Assembly: GCA_963818475.1 (NCBI GenBank)
Contig: CAWFSF010000006.1
Coordinates: forward strand, 384,001 to 448,000
DNA from: Nitrospirota bacterium
GTDB taxonomy: Bacteria > Nitrospirota > UBA9217
Direction of reading: 5' to 3'
DNA: 64,000 nt
Below the pieces are notes generated by a model. It did not search any database. It saw only the letters and a list, made by a program, of their open reading frames with translations, and had not been told where the DNA came from. The position numbers were made by a program, and so were the translations under genes. Below, one piece after another: positions 19,949-30,085 of this stretch. Every line of letters begins with the position of its first letter. The first letter of the stretch is position 1.

Positions 19949-20245
19949 ATGAGCGATAGCGGTCTGAAAAAAGCGGTCATCATCGGTGCGGTGCTTGGCG
20001 CCATGGTGAGCCTTGGCACCGCGCTTGCCATGGATTATGTCCTGTCGGACTCGCTCCAGGGGACTTGGCGGCAAGCTGCGGCAAAGGATGTGACAAAAAT
20101 CTTCGGCGCCTCCTGCGGGCAGAACTGGTGGGCGGTCTCGCTGGTCCTGGTGTTCGTCATGTCGTTCCTGGCAGCTTTTGGTGCTGTTCTGGGCGTTGTG
20201 GCCGGCGTGATCATGAACCGGTTCTTCAAGTTGGTGCTCAAATAA
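19949..20245 (+). CDS. Small membrane protein, two TM helices
   Basis: RBS gaggag before ATG 19949; two hydrophobic Gly-rich segments. Confidence 0.7.
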   Translation: MSDSGLKKAVIIGAVLGAMVSLGTALAMDYVLSDSLQGTWRQAAAKDVTKIFGASCGQNWWAVSLVLVFVMSFLAAFGAVLGVVAGVIMNRFFKLVLK

Positions 20246-20402
20246 ACGAAGCAGTTGGTGCGGTTCACGGCGGTCGGTTCCAGCGCGGACAGAATAGGCC
20301 AAAACGATATCGTATCTCCTTGAATCAAAACGGGATAGTTCCCGGGTTGCAGCAGGGGAACCGGCGTCAGTGGGCCGGTATGCTCAGTGAGGTCACGAAG
20401 AC

Positions 20403-21635
20403 GTGCTTTTCAATATTATCAAACGATCGTTCATGAATCAGAAAAAGGCCATGGCCGTCATGGTCGTGTCGGTGGCGGTGGGAACTGCGATCGCAGCCTC
20501 GCTGCTGTCGCTTTCGTTCGACATCGCCGCAAAGGTCTCGAAGGAACTCCGGTCCTATGGAGCGAACATCGTTGTGCAGCCAAAGGTAACTGGTCTTGCC
20601 GGTCTCAGCGGCCAGAAGCGCTATCTCCGGGAGCAGGACGTCGTCAAAGCAAAGACCATTTTCTGGAAGCACAATATTCTTGGCGTCGTGCCGATCCTGA
20701 CCGTGCCTGACGAAAAGCTGGCCGCGGTGGTGCTCGGTACCTGGTATCACAAGACCCTGCCGGTTCCGGGCGAGAAAAACGGTTTTGACACGGGTATCTC
20801 GAGCGTGATGCCCTGGTGGTCGATCGACGGCGCCTGGCCCCAGGGTGATGAAGAAGTCCTTGCAGGCGTCAGCCTTGCACAAAAGCGCGGGCTTAAGCTT
20901 CATGATACGGTCACGGTCCTGGGCCGCCGCCTCAAAATATCCGGCATACTGACAACAGGCGGGAAGGAAGACGACATGGTTGTCGGGGAACTGGCATCGG
21001 TCCAGCGCTTGTCCGGTCTTGAGGGAAAGCTCTCCCAGGTGTTCGTGAGCGCGCTCACGACTCCCATGGATGCTTTTGCCTATAAAGATCCCAACACGAT
21101 GACCAAAAAAGAATATGAAAAATGGTACTGCACCGGATACGTCACCTCGATCGCAAAGCAGCTTGAGGAAGAGAATGTGTTCGCCGGTTCGATCGCGAGG
21201 CCGATCTGGCCTGTGGCCGAGACCGAAGGCCGGGTCTTGAACAGGCTTGAGATGCTGATCGGACTCTTGACCGCCGTGTCGCTCCTGGCCGCGGCGCTCG
21301 GCGTATCAACGACCATGATCATGAGCCTGCTGCGGAGGATCGACGAAGTGGCGCTCATGAAGGCCATCGGAGCCGACCGTATATCGACCGTGACCATTTT
21401 CATGACCGAAGCGCTGCTGATCGGGCTTGCCGGCGGCATCATCGGCTACTTTCTGTCGCTCGGCATCTCGCAATATCTCGGCTACGAGGTGTTCGGCGCC
21501 GCGCTGGAGCAGAAAAGCATTCTTTTCCCGATCAGCGTCAGCGTCTCGGTGCTCATCTCGATGATGGGGGTGTATTTGCCGATCCGGCGGGCGCTCTCGA
21601 TCAAGCCTGCCATCGTCCTGAAAGGGGGCCAATAG
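20403..21635 (+). CDS. ABC transporter permease, MacB/FtsX type
   Basis: ELRSYGANI periplasmic domain, RR..E.ALMKAIGA motif and three C-terminal TMs. Confidence 0.88.
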   Translation: MLFNIIKRSFMNQKKAMAVMVVSVAVGTAIAASLLSLSFDIAAKVSKELRSYGANIVVQPKVTGLAGLSGQKRYLREQDVVKAKTIFWKHNILGVVPILTVPDEKLAAVVLGTWYHKTLPVPGEKNGFDTGISSVMPWWSIDGAWPQGDEEVLAGVSLAQKRGLKLHDTVTVLGRRLKISGILTTGGKEDDMVVGELASVQRLSGLEGKLSQVFVSALTTPMDAFAYKDPNTMTKKEYEKWYCTGYVTSIAKQLEEENVFAGSIARPIWPVAETEGRVLNRLEMLIGLLTAVSLLAAALGVSTTMIMSLLRRIDEVALMKAIGADRISTVTIFMTEALLIGLAGGIIGYFLSLGISQYLGYEVFGAALEQKSILFPISVSVSVLISMMGVYLPIRRALSIKPAIVLKGGQ

Positions 21636-21731
21636 TTCCAAATCGCAGTCCAAATACAGCCTCTCAACACCGGCGCGAGACGTCACCATTGCCATGGCTG
21701 GATACTTTTGCTGAAATCGTAGTAAACTTTT

Positions 21732-21918
21732 TTAGCCACATAAGCCACAAAAGACACAGAAATAATCTTTGTTTTTTCCGCAGCAAGAGAACGCAGAGAG
21801 CACAAAGAAGGGGAAAGCGGTTTGTATTTTCTGAGATCTTTGCGTTCTTTAGCGGCCAACCTGAATGGTTACTGTTTTTAAGGTTTTACTCTGTACTTAT
21901 GTGAATTATGACGGCAAA
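21732..21918. repeat. Nested imperfect inverted repeats (MITE/REP-like) between the permease genes
   Basis: Outer pair gccacataagccacaaaagacacaga / tctgtacttatgtgaattatgacggc. Inner pair aagagaacgcagagagcacaaagaa / ttctgagatctttgcgttcttt. cctgaatggttac at 21860 resembles cctgagtagttac at 23133. Confidence 0.5.
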
Positions 21919-21979
21919 TTTGAGTTCTTGCGAGTTTCTCAAGTTTGAATATTTGACAATTTAGAACTGGAAATTTCTT

Positions 21980-23059
21980 ATGAAAAACTGGTTCCTCTAT
22001 TTTCTAAAAAGATCGGTATCCGAGCGCAAGGGCCGGTTCATTATTGCGGCTTCAGCCGTGATGCTGACCGTTTCCGTCGTAACATCGCTGGCAACGCTCT
22101 CGCTCGGGATCAGGGACAAAATGGGCATTGAGCTCAAGCAGTATGGCGCGAATATGATCATTACCGGCAGCTCCGGAAAAGAGCTCGACCTCACCGTTGC
22201 GAACGGGATCGTGGCCATGAAAGAATATGTCAAAGGCGCGTCCTTCCAGATCTATGGAAGTGCCATGGTGAAGAACGCGGCAGTTGAGGTCATTGGAGCG
22301 GAGCCTGCGAAGATGACGGGCTATCGGCTGTATGGAACGCTACCCCGGGAATCAGACGAGATGATGGTCGGGGTCAATCTCAAGGATGCCTTGAAAATAA
22401 AACAAGGGGATATCCTGCGGTTTGACGGTTCCCCTGTGGAATTCCGGGTGACCGCGTTGTTCGAAAAGGGTTCAGATGAGGACTCCACGCTGGTAATGCC
22501 GATCGAAGGGGCCCGGCAGCTGCTGGGCGTGGCCGGCGTGAGCGCCATCCTTTTGAACGCGGATACGAAGTCGCTGCCAAAAGCTGAGGCGGCGTTCCTC
22601 CTGAGCTATCCGTTCATCGAGGTCAAAACACTCAGGCAGGTCGCCGTTGCAGAAGAACGCATCCTCGGCAGGATCCAGCTGCTCATGCTCCTGGTAACCG
22701 GCGTCGTGCTCTTTTCCTCGATCATCGCCCTGGGAAGCACCATGGGGGCCAATGTGATCGAGCGGAGGGAGGAGATCGGCGTCATGAAATCGCTGGGAGC
22801 AACGCGGAAGCATATCCGGGATTTTTTCATGTCCGAAGCGGCAGGCGCCGGCCTGGTCGGCGCGCTGGCCGGTTATCTCGCCGGCATTGTGTCGGCCGAG
22901 GTCGTATCGAAGACCGCCTTTGGGTCCTTTATCCCGGTGAACCTGCTGGTGGCCCCGCTCGCTGTTCTGCTCGGTGTGTTCATCGCGATCCTTTCAACGT
23001 ACCTGCCTGTTCGCGACGCCATGAAAGTCGTTCCTGCGCAGATCCTGCGCGGGGAGTGA
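21980..23059 (+). CDS. ABC transporter permease, MacB/FtsX type
   Basis: ELKQYGAN and ERREEIGVMKSLGA motifs; C-terminal P..ILRGE. Confidence 0.88.
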   Translation: MKNWFLYFLKRSVSERKGRFIIAASAVMLTVSVVTSLATLSLGIRDKMGIELKQYGANMIITGSSGKELDLTVANGIVAMKEYVKGASFQIYGSAMVKNAAVEVIGAEPAKMTGYRLYGTLPRESDEMMVGVNLKDALKIKQGDILRFDGSPVEFRVTALFEKGSDEDSTLVMPIEGARQLLGVAGVSAILLNADTKSLPKAEAAFLLSYPFIEVKTLRQVAVAEERILGRIQLLMLLVTGVVLFSSIIALGSTMGANVIERREEIGVMKSLGATRKHIRDFFMSEAAGAGLVGALAGYLAGIVSAEVVSKTAFGSFIPVNLLVAPLAVLLGVFIAILSTYLPVRDAMKVVPAQILRGE

Positions 23060-23166
23060 TTGATGCAAAAAGGGTGAATAGGGAGAAGGCTGAAGGTGGA
23101 AGTTGAATATGCGTCAGCTTTCAGCCTGATCTCCTGAGTAGTTACGAAAAAAATGAGGTATGCCCA

Positions 23167-23835
23167 ATGGCGATCATTTCAATAACCGAACTGTCAAAGC
23201 ATTATGATACAACGTCAGCGCTGAAGGGCGTGAACTGCGAGATCGAACAGGGAGAGTGGGTAAGCCTTGTCGGCCCCTCGGGGTCCGGCAAGAGCACGCT
23301 GCTCAATATTGTCGGAGGCCTTGACCAGCCCTCAGAAGGGGGGATCAGCATCAACGGCACCGACATCAATGCGCTGCGCGACGATGAGCTCGCCCGCTTC
23401 CGGCGGGAAACCATCGGATTCGTGTTCCAGCAGTCGCACCTGATCCCCTACCTCGATGCTACGGAAAACGTGATGCTGGCCCAGTATTTTCACAGCATTC
23501 CCGACCGGGCCGAGGCCGAGGACGCGCTCAGGCGCGTAGGGCTCGGGCACCGGCTCGGCCACCGCCCGTCACAGCTCTCCGGCGGAGAGCAGCAACGGGT
23601 CTGTATCGCCCGCGCGCTCATCAACAACCCCTCCTTGCTGCTGGCCGACGAGCCGACGGGCAATCTCGACCGGTCGAACACCAAGAACATCCTCGAACTG
23701 ATGAAGGACCTCCATGCGCAGGAAGGCTTCACGATCGTCGTGGTGACCCATGACCCTTTTGTGTCGCAATGGGCAGGCCGGATACTCTCCATGGAGGACG
23801 GAAGGATAATCAGGGATGAGCCCGTTCATCGGTGA
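23167..23835 (+). CDS. ABC transporter ATP-binding protein (LolD/MacB-like)
   Basis: GPSGSGKST, LSGGEQQR, LLADEPTGNLD and VTHD motifs. Confidence 0.95.
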   Translation: MAIISITELSKHYDTTSALKGVNCEIEQGEWVSLVGPSGSGKSTLLNIVGGLDQPSEGGISINGTDINALRDDELARFRRETIGFVFQQSHLIPYLDATENVMLAQYFHSIPDRAEAEDALRRVGLGHRLGHRPSQLSGGEQQRVCIARALINNPSLLLADEPTGNLDRSNTKNILELMKDLHAQEGFTIVVVTHDPFVSQWAGRILSMEDGRIIRDEPVHR

Positions 23836-25207
23836 CGCCTTCGTCATAGGGGTAAAAGAGGGCATACCGCTCTATCTCAGCGCCGGCCTCGTACTTGCGT
23901 ATGGCAGGAAAGAGCGTCTCGCGTCTCTGACGATGCCTCTGGTTGCGGGCGTGCTTGCTGTTCTGCTGACGTCTTTCGCGGTGTTGAACACCGGCGTTAC
24001 TCCCGAGTTCAGGGATATCATCGTTAAGATGGTCGGCTACGTCTTCGGGCTGTTCTTTCTGTTTTCCCTCGGCGCTTTGTACCATACAACGGGGACCGAT
24101 CTGCTCGGGCCGCTGAAAGCGCTTTCCCAAAAAAGAACGGTTATGGTCCCGGTCATCCTTCTGCTTACCCTGCTGTATTGTGCACCCGATATGGCGGGAT
24201 CGTCCCTGTACGTTGCGGACCTGTACTCCATGGCGGAAGGGAACAAGAGCGTGTTTCTTGCCGCCGCTGGGGGGTTCGGCCTGGCGGTCCTGCTTACCCA
24301 CGTTGTTGCAACGCGGATCAGATTCGACGTGATGCGCTTTTTCGATTTGCCCCAGGTATTATTGTCTCTAGCACTCATGAAACTGATCGCCGGCGGCGTG
24401 CGGGGTTTCGCCGAACTGTCCCTGATCCCGTCAATGCAGTCGGGATTGATGAAGCTCATTCATGATATGGTGCATCAGACCTTCGTGTTCCTTCTGGTCC
24501 CGGATCATCCGCTTCTCTCCACGACGACCTGGAGCTTTATCGGTTTCCTGTTCGGTCCGGCCGTGGGCCTGTGGCTTTCCCTCGGCATCATGCTCCTGCC
24601 GCTCATCATCTTCATAAAAATGCATTTCACCGAAGCGGTTGCTCTCCCTGCGGAGATCAGCGTTCCTGCACGAAAGAGGATCTTCATCAGGGCCGTCCGC
24701 GACCAGCGCATCATGAAATCCATCCCGGTGTTCTTGTTCATGGTATTCATCGTGAGCACGTGGTTCGCGCAAAAGGGAGAGCAGGCCGATCGCTTGTACA
24801 CGCCGCAACCGAGGCCGATCATGGCAGAGAATGGAAAAGTGACCATCCCGCTCCAGTCGACCCTGGATGATCTGCGCGACGGGGCACTGCATAAGTTCTC
24901 AGTAACAGTGGCAGGGGAAGAGGTGCGGCTTTTGATCATGAAAAAACCGGATGGCACGCTCGCGGTCTGTCTCGATGCCTGCGAGATCTGCCAACCTGAA
25001 GGGTATGGCCAGGCCCCGGAACATGTTGTGTGCCTTTATTGCAAGACGCCCATTCTGTTCGCTTCGCTCGGCAAACCGGGCGGATGCAATCCCATCCCCC
25101 TTGCCGCACTGGTCACGGAGAAGGATGTGCAGGTCGATCTTGCAGAGATCTCCGGACAGTGGGCGAAGGTAAAAAGCGGCGATGCGAAAGGAATGGTCAC
25201 GCAATGA
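23816..25207 (+). CDS. Polytopic membrane protein with C-terminal DUF2318 (FtrD-like Fe-S) domain
   Basis: About 8 TM helices followed by CLDACEIC...GY...VVCLYC...GGCNPIPL. Confidence 0.8.
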   Translation: MSPFIGDAFVIGVKEGIPLYLSAGLVLAYGRKERLASLTMPLVAGVLAVLLTSFAVLNTGVTPEFRDIIVKMVGYVFGLFFLFSLGALYHTTGTDLLGPLKALSQKRTVMVPVILLLTLLYCAPDMAGSSLYVADLYSMAEGNKSVFLAAAGGFGLAVLLTHVVATRIRFDVMRFFDLPQVLLSLALMKLIAGGVRGFAELSLIPSMQSGLMKLIHDMVHQTFVFLLVPDHPLLSTTTWSFIGFLFGPAVGLWLSLGIMLLPLIIFIKMHFTEAVALPAEISVPARKRIFIRAVRDQRIMKSIPVFLFMVFIVSTWFAQKGEQADRLYTPQPRPIMAENGKVTIPLQSTLDDLRDGALHKFSVTVAGEEVRLLIMKKPDGTLAVCLDACEICQPEGYGQAPEHVVCLYCKTPILFASLGKPGGCNPIPLAALVTEKDVQVDLAEISGQWAKVKSGDAKGMVTQ

Positions 25208-26220
25208 AGCTTCCGCACAAGCTCATTTCTTTTATTGCTTCCAGGACCGTTACCCTGTGGCTTATCGGCCTGTTCATCGTTTATTATCTGACGAAGGCTG
25301 TCTGGTCGAAGGAAGCTTTTGGAGCGTTTATTTCCCATCTGGGAAATCATGCGGTATTCAGGCTGCTGTACGCGGTTTTCTTCCTGAACGTGACTTGCAG
25401 GGCGTCAGCTGCCCTGAAGCGGTCCTGGCCGTGCAAACCCCGTTTTTTTTTGCGCCTTCCCTTGTACCTGGGATTGATCATTTTCCTTTTCTCCTTGTTC
25501 ATGAGCTTGAATGTCCGGAAAACCCTGTGGTCTCCGCCGTTGGGAGAAGGAGATCCGGTGGTAATTCCCTGGGAAGCGGAACAGTTGCAGGTCGTTCAGG
25601 TCGAGCCGGCGCTCAAAAAAAAGGCGCTCAGGGCCGAGGGGTCCGCGATTTTTGATTATGAGCCTATTGTTACCCTGCAGGACGCTGTTGGTAAACGGTT
25701 CAGCGTGGGAGCTTTTCCTCCAACACAGATACATTCAACGTATCTTCATATACTGCAATTCGGCATTGGTCCTGGTGTGGAACTGAAAAAGGACGGGGAG
25801 GTGGTTTCTCAAGGCTATGTGGCGCTGAATCTCACTCCCTTTGGTGTGGTGGACACCTTTCAGCTCCAACCCTATCACTATCAGTTTTATATCAGCGTTG
25901 TTCCGAACGGGACTGTCAAAAAAGGGAGGGAAATTGCCCGAAACTATGACCTTGAGAAACCACGGTATCACCTCGAGATCGTGGCGGGAGATCGTGCCAT
26001 CTATGCGGGAGACGTGGAAACGGGCAGGGAAATGGCATTCGATGGCCAGATGACAGTGCGTTTTATTGCACCCTCTGACTGGGTGCTCCTCGATATCGTT
26101 CATGATCCCTTCCTTTTCTGGTTCGTAGGCGGGATCTTGCTGCTTGTTGCCGGAGCACTGCTTTACCCGTTGTCTCTGCTTATGAAAAAGTGCGACAGCG
26201 AATTAAAAAATGCAGCTTGA
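25204..26220 (+). CDS. ResB-like membrane protein (divergent cytochrome c biogenesis protein)
   Basis: Start overlaps the upstream stop (ATGA). Layout is 3 TM, periplasmic domain, 1 TM. FGIGPGVEL...GYVALNL parallels LGVAPLVIL...GAYVKLNV of the ResB at 55835. Confidence 0.6.
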   Translation: MKLPHKLISFIASRTVTLWLIGLFIVYYLTKAVWSKEAFGAFISHLGNHAVFRLLYAVFFLNVTCRASAALKRSWPCKPRFFLRLPLYLGLIIFLFSLFMSLNVRKTLWSPPLGEGDPVVIPWEAEQLQVVQVEPALKKKALRAEGSAIFDYEPIVTLQDAVGKRFSVGAFPPTQIHSTYLHILQFGIGPGVELKKDGEVVSQGYVALNLTPFGVVDTFQLQPYHYQFYISVVPNGTVKKGREIARNYDLEKPRYHLEIVAGDRAIYAGDVETGREMAFDGQMTVRFIAPSDWVLLDIVHDPFLFWFVGGILLLVAGALLYPLSLLMKKCDSELKNAA

Positions 26221-26301
26221 AAATAAGAAGTTGCCCTTAGACATGATTTTTTTGTTTTTTCATGAATTAAATGCTCAGTAGATAGAAAACCAACAGTATT
26301 T

Positions 26302-26417
26302 TGAGCATAATCACTCATAATTTGAGACTTTAGGATGTTTTTTCCGTTATATTTTAAAACCAATATAAATAAGTTATTGATATAAAAGGCCAATGATGTC
26401 GTGGTATGTGTATTGCA
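26302..26417 (+). promoter_or_regulatory. Sigma-54 promoter with upstream palindrome and IHF site
   Basis: TGGTAT-GTGTA-TTGCA at 26402-26417; TGAGCATAATCACTCA at 26302-26317; IHF consensus match (reverse complement TATCAATAACTTA) at 26370-26382. Confidence 0.7.
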
Positions 26418-26505
26418 TATTAACATTGCAACAATCATAAAAGGGCAATAGTTGTATGACGATAAATTGCTCTTTAAGTAGTTGAATTTATTTAGGAGTA
26501 TTGAA

Positions 26506-27261
26506 ATGTCAAGAAAAAGCATGCTGGTTAATCTGATGATAATATGTTTTATGTTTACCTTCTCAGGTATGGCTTCCGGTGGCACTATTGCCGGCAGCAA
26601 GCATGACTTTTCGAAGAACGAATTGCCAATTGTAACCTATTTTGCCGGAAACTTCACGTCCGGAGGTGATGAAATCAGAGAGACGTGCGTGTTCTGCCAC
26701 ACCCCGCATGCTGCTTCGACAGCGGTGACAGGGTTTCTCTGGAACCGGACCGGTTCTTCTGTGGCTAACTATGATATGTACACCAGCACAACGCTTTCCG
26801 TCGTCCCTGACTCGAGGCCGACCGGCTTGACGCTTATGTGCATGAGCTGTCATGACGGCGTAACCTCCATAGCGGTTGGAACGCTTATAAATGCGCCCGG
26901 GGCAGGCCCTGTTGACCTGGTCGCTCCTGGTGCCTATCAGTTTATCGGCGAGATTTACTACCCCAGTCCTTTTTTCGGTGGTGAATGGCAGGCGAATATC
27001 GGCAACCTTACCCCGGATGGCACCTTCGGCACGAGGGCGAACCTTAGTGATGACCACCCGGTATCGTTTACGTGGAATAATAATGTCCCCGGCATTTTCG
27101 ATCCAGGCGAGTGGACGGGAGTTGGTGCGACAGCGCTCAAACTTTTTAATAACAGGATGGAATGCTCCACGTGTCACAATGTGCATGATAACACAAACGC
27201 GCCTTTTTTAAGGATGTCGAATGCTGATAGCGCTATGTGCACAACGTGCCACGACAAGTAA
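26506..27261 (+). CDS. Tetraheme c-type cytochrome, OmcE-like (paralog of 5811)
   Basis: RBS aggag; signal peptide; IAGSKHD...CVFCHTPH...LWNR...CMSCHDG...DDHPVSF...ECSTCHNVHDNTNAPFLR...MCTTCHDK. Confidence 0.88.
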   Translation: MSRKSMLVNLMIICFMFTFSGMASGGTIAGSKHDFSKNELPIVTYFAGNFTSGGDEIRETCVFCHTPHAASTAVTGFLWNRTGSSVANYDMYTSTTLSVVPDSRPTGLTLMCMSCHDGVTSIAVGTLINAPGAGPVDLVAPGAYQFIGEIYYPSPFFGGEWQANIGNLTPDGTFGTRANLSDDHPVSFTWNNNVPGIFDPGEWTGVGATALKLFNNRMECSTCHNVHDNTNAPFLRMSNADSAMCTTCHDK

Positions 27262-27317
27262 CGACGGCTTCGGTGAAACTGGGCGATCCTGATTTTAAAG
27301 CTACCTCGGAGGTGTGT

Positions 27318-30056
27318 ATGAACCGGAAAAGATATCTGATGGTCGCAGTTATCCTGGCAGCATTGTTTTTTCTCCTGTCGGGTGCCGGCTATGCAGCCCC
27401 TGCGCTAATCGGTGCTATTACGGATACTGTGTATCGTCCGGCATGCCTCGCCATAGATTCCCAGGGAAACCTCTATGTGTCCGAGACGTCGAACGATATG
27501 TTTAAGGTTTATAATCGAAAAGGCAAGCTGCTTAAACAGTTCTCGGTCCAGCGTCCGATGGGTGTGGCGGTGGACGCCTCCGGATATATCTATATAGGAT
27601 CGGCAACCAGGGGCGCTGTTGATATTTATGCTCCGGATTACAAATATGTACGCAGTCTTGGCGCGGGCCAGGGCGAAATCGTCCGGCCGATGTCCATTGC
27701 CGTTGACGGCGGAAAGGTGTACGTCCTTGACAGCGACACAAGCATGGTCCGTATCTACGATTCGTCAACAGCTCAGTTCCTGTTCAGCTTCGGCGGCAGC
27801 GGCAGCACGGACGGTCTTTTTAACGTGCCAACTGCCGTTGCCGTAAATGACGCTACGAACGAGATCTTTGTTGCCGATCTTCGGAAGACACTGGATAGTA
27901 CCGGCGTACTCATCAATGGCGCAAAAATACAGGTATTTGACAAGGCGGGCGCATTCAAGAGATCTTTTGGTACTTACGGTTTCGAGGCGGGAAAGATCGG
28001 CAAACCGGTAGGCCTGGCTTTGGATGGTTCCGGCAATATTTTTATTTGCGACCTTATTCAGGGCGCGGTCCTTTCCTTTGATGCGGCAACAGGAGCGTTC
28101 AACAATACCGCACTCTATAAAGCTGAAAGCTCGAAGCCCCTGGGCGTAGCAATCGGAAAAAACAAGATCGCTTATGTATCGTTAGCGAACTACCTCAGGA
28201 GTATTGACGTCTACGGTCTTGATGGATTCACGACCATGGATGAGGCGCCGGCCGCCCTGACCTTCGAAAGCAAACAGCTGACCGCGAACGCCGAAGCCCA
28301 GACTGTCACGATCACCAACACGGGAAATGGTTCTTTAGGATGGACCGCAGCGGCTGATAGCAACTGGATAACATTGGGTGCCGCGAGCGGGACCGCAGGC
28401 CCGAACAGCACGAGCAGCCTTGCCATTGGTACGAATAACGCGGACCTGACGGCCGGCACGTACCAGGGCGTGGTAACGGTAACGTCTGATTTCGGCCAGA
28501 TAGACAGGATTCCCGTAACGTTTACGGTAACTCCTGCGGCAACGATCGGCTTCAGCAATGGATCGGTCGCGGTTGCCGCCAAAAAGGGCAAAACGCCCGA
28601 TGCTCAACCAATAACGATCACGGTACAGAATGCAGAATCGCTGCCGTGGTCCGCTTCCTCTGATTCCTCCTGGCTTCTCATTTCCCCGGCCAATGGCACG
28701 GCAACCGCAGCATCAGCTCTCTCTATTAATATGGCGGGTGTCAATCCCGGAACGCATACCGGCCATATCACGCTTTCCGCGCCGACTGCCATAGGAGACG
28801 GCAGCAAGATGACCGTCACCCTCACGGTGACCGCAGGTACGAAGATCAGCGTGGCTTCGAACATTCCGGAGGCCAGGTTTACCGTCGTAAGCACAGCCGC
28901 TACCTATACGGGCTCCGGCGTGGCATGGAGCGTCGAGGACGTTCCGCTGGGAGATTACACTGTTACCTTTGATGCGGTAAGCGGATATCGGAAGCCCCTT
29001 GCCCAAACAAAAAGCCTGACTGATACGGAAATTGCACTGTCGGGAAACTACCGTTCTCATGCCGATATCGCAAGCCGCACGAATATCATTGTCGGCAAAG
29101 GCGCGCATCCGAACAATGACTCCAGGGTCAGGATATACAGGAACGACGGCGCCCCGGCTGCTGATATCATGGCTTTCGGTTTGGACAGCAGATTCGGGAC
29201 CAATGTAACATCAGCTGATATCGACGGAGATGGGATTGCAGAGCTTATCGCGGAAAGCGGCGCTGGTGCGGACAAGCCATCCGTTGTGCGAGTGCTCAAA
29301 TCCGATGGAACAACGCTGGTTGAGCTTGCGCCCTTTACTGCGCCCGGCAGGGCCAATGTGGCCGCAGGTGATCTGAACGGCGATGGCAGGGCGGAGCTCG
29401 TGGTCGCCCCGGCGGATAATGATATGAACGCCTTGGTCAAGGTGTATACCTACAGGGCGGACACGAAGGAGATGGTGGCAACGGGGATCGAGCTTACCGC
29501 TCTTGGATACGATCAGGCGGTAGCGGTTGCCGTTGCGGATACCGACGGCAGTCCTGCGTCGAAGCTCGTTACCGCGTCTCATATGGTTATGAGCGTCTGG
29601 ACGATCGATGCCTCGAAGGGCGTCGGAAGCTGGTCAGCCTCACTCATGAATGATTTTAAAATCCTCGGCAGAGGCAACAAGGTTTCGCTCTCGGCCGGCG
29701 ATATTGATGGTGACGGCAGGGATGAACTTATTGCCGGCGATGGGGCAGGTGTGGCCAATGCCTCATCATCGAATGCGCCATCAGGGGTCATGATCTTCAA
29801 AACCGATGGCGCCATGGCGGGGAATTTTGCTCCCGCCGCTAACTTCCCGAACGGGATGAGCGTGGCGGCAGCCGACCTGACCGGCGATGGTATCGCTGAA
29901 GTGATCGTCGGTTCCGGGGTGGATCAGCGCACTGGAGGACGTAAATCTTCAAGCGTCATGATATTTGACGCGTCAGGAAAGCTTTTGAATACCATAACGC
30001 CCGACGCAAGTTCGCAAAGCGGTCTGAACGTCACGGTTGGAGAGATGGGATTATGA
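27318..30056 (+). CDS. Secreted protein: NHL beta-propeller, 2x BACON-like, PEGA-like, FG-GAP repeats
   Basis: RBS ggagg; signal peptide; NHL repeats; WTAAADSNWIT and WSASSDSSWL; repeated ADIDGDG..ELI / AGDLNGDG. Confidence 0.85.
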   Translation: MNRKRYLMVAVILAALFFLLSGAGYAAPALIGAITDTVYRPACLAIDSQGNLYVSETSNDMFKVYNRKGKLLKQFSVQRPMGVAVDASGYIYIGSATRGAVDIYAPDYKYVRSLGAGQGEIVRPMSIAVDGGKVYVLDSDTSMVRIYDSSTAQFLFSFGGSGSTDGLFNVPTAVAVNDATNEIFVADLRKTLDSTGVLINGAKIQVFDKAGAFKRSFGTYGFEAGKIGKPVGLALDGSGNIFICDLIQGAVLSFDAATGAFNNTALYKAESSKPLGVAIGKNKIAYVSLANYLRSIDVYGLDGFTTMDEAPAALTFESKQLTANAEAQTVTITNTGNGSLGWTAAADSNWITLGAASGTAGPNSTSSLAIGTNNADLTAGTYQGVVTVTSDFGQIDRIPVTFTVTPAATIGFSNGSVAVAAKKGKTPDAQPITITVQNAESLPWSASSDSSWLLISPANGTATAASALSINMAGVNPGTHTGHITLSAPTAIGDGSKMTVTLTVTAGTKISVASNIPEARFTVVSTAATYTGSGVAWSVEDVPLGDYTVTFDAVSGYRKPLAQTKSLTDTEIALSGNYRSHADIASRTNIIVGKGAHPNNDSRVRIYRNDGAPAADIMAFGLDSRFGTNVTSADIDGDGIAELIAESGAGADKPSVVRVLKSDGTTLVELAPFTAPGRANVAAGDLNGDGRAELVVAPADNDMNALVKVYTYRADTKEMVATGIELTALGYDQAVAVAVADTDGSPASKLVTASHMVMSVWTIDASKGVGSWSASLMNDFKILGRGNKVSLSAGDIDGDGRDELIAGDGAGVANASSSNAPSGVMIFKTDGAMAGNFAPAANFPNGMSVAAADLTGDGIAEVIVGSGVDQRTGGRKSSSVMIFDASGKLLNTITPDASSQSGLNVTVGEMGL

Positions 30057-30085
30057 GGCGCTTAAAGCACGAAGGAGCGGGGACT

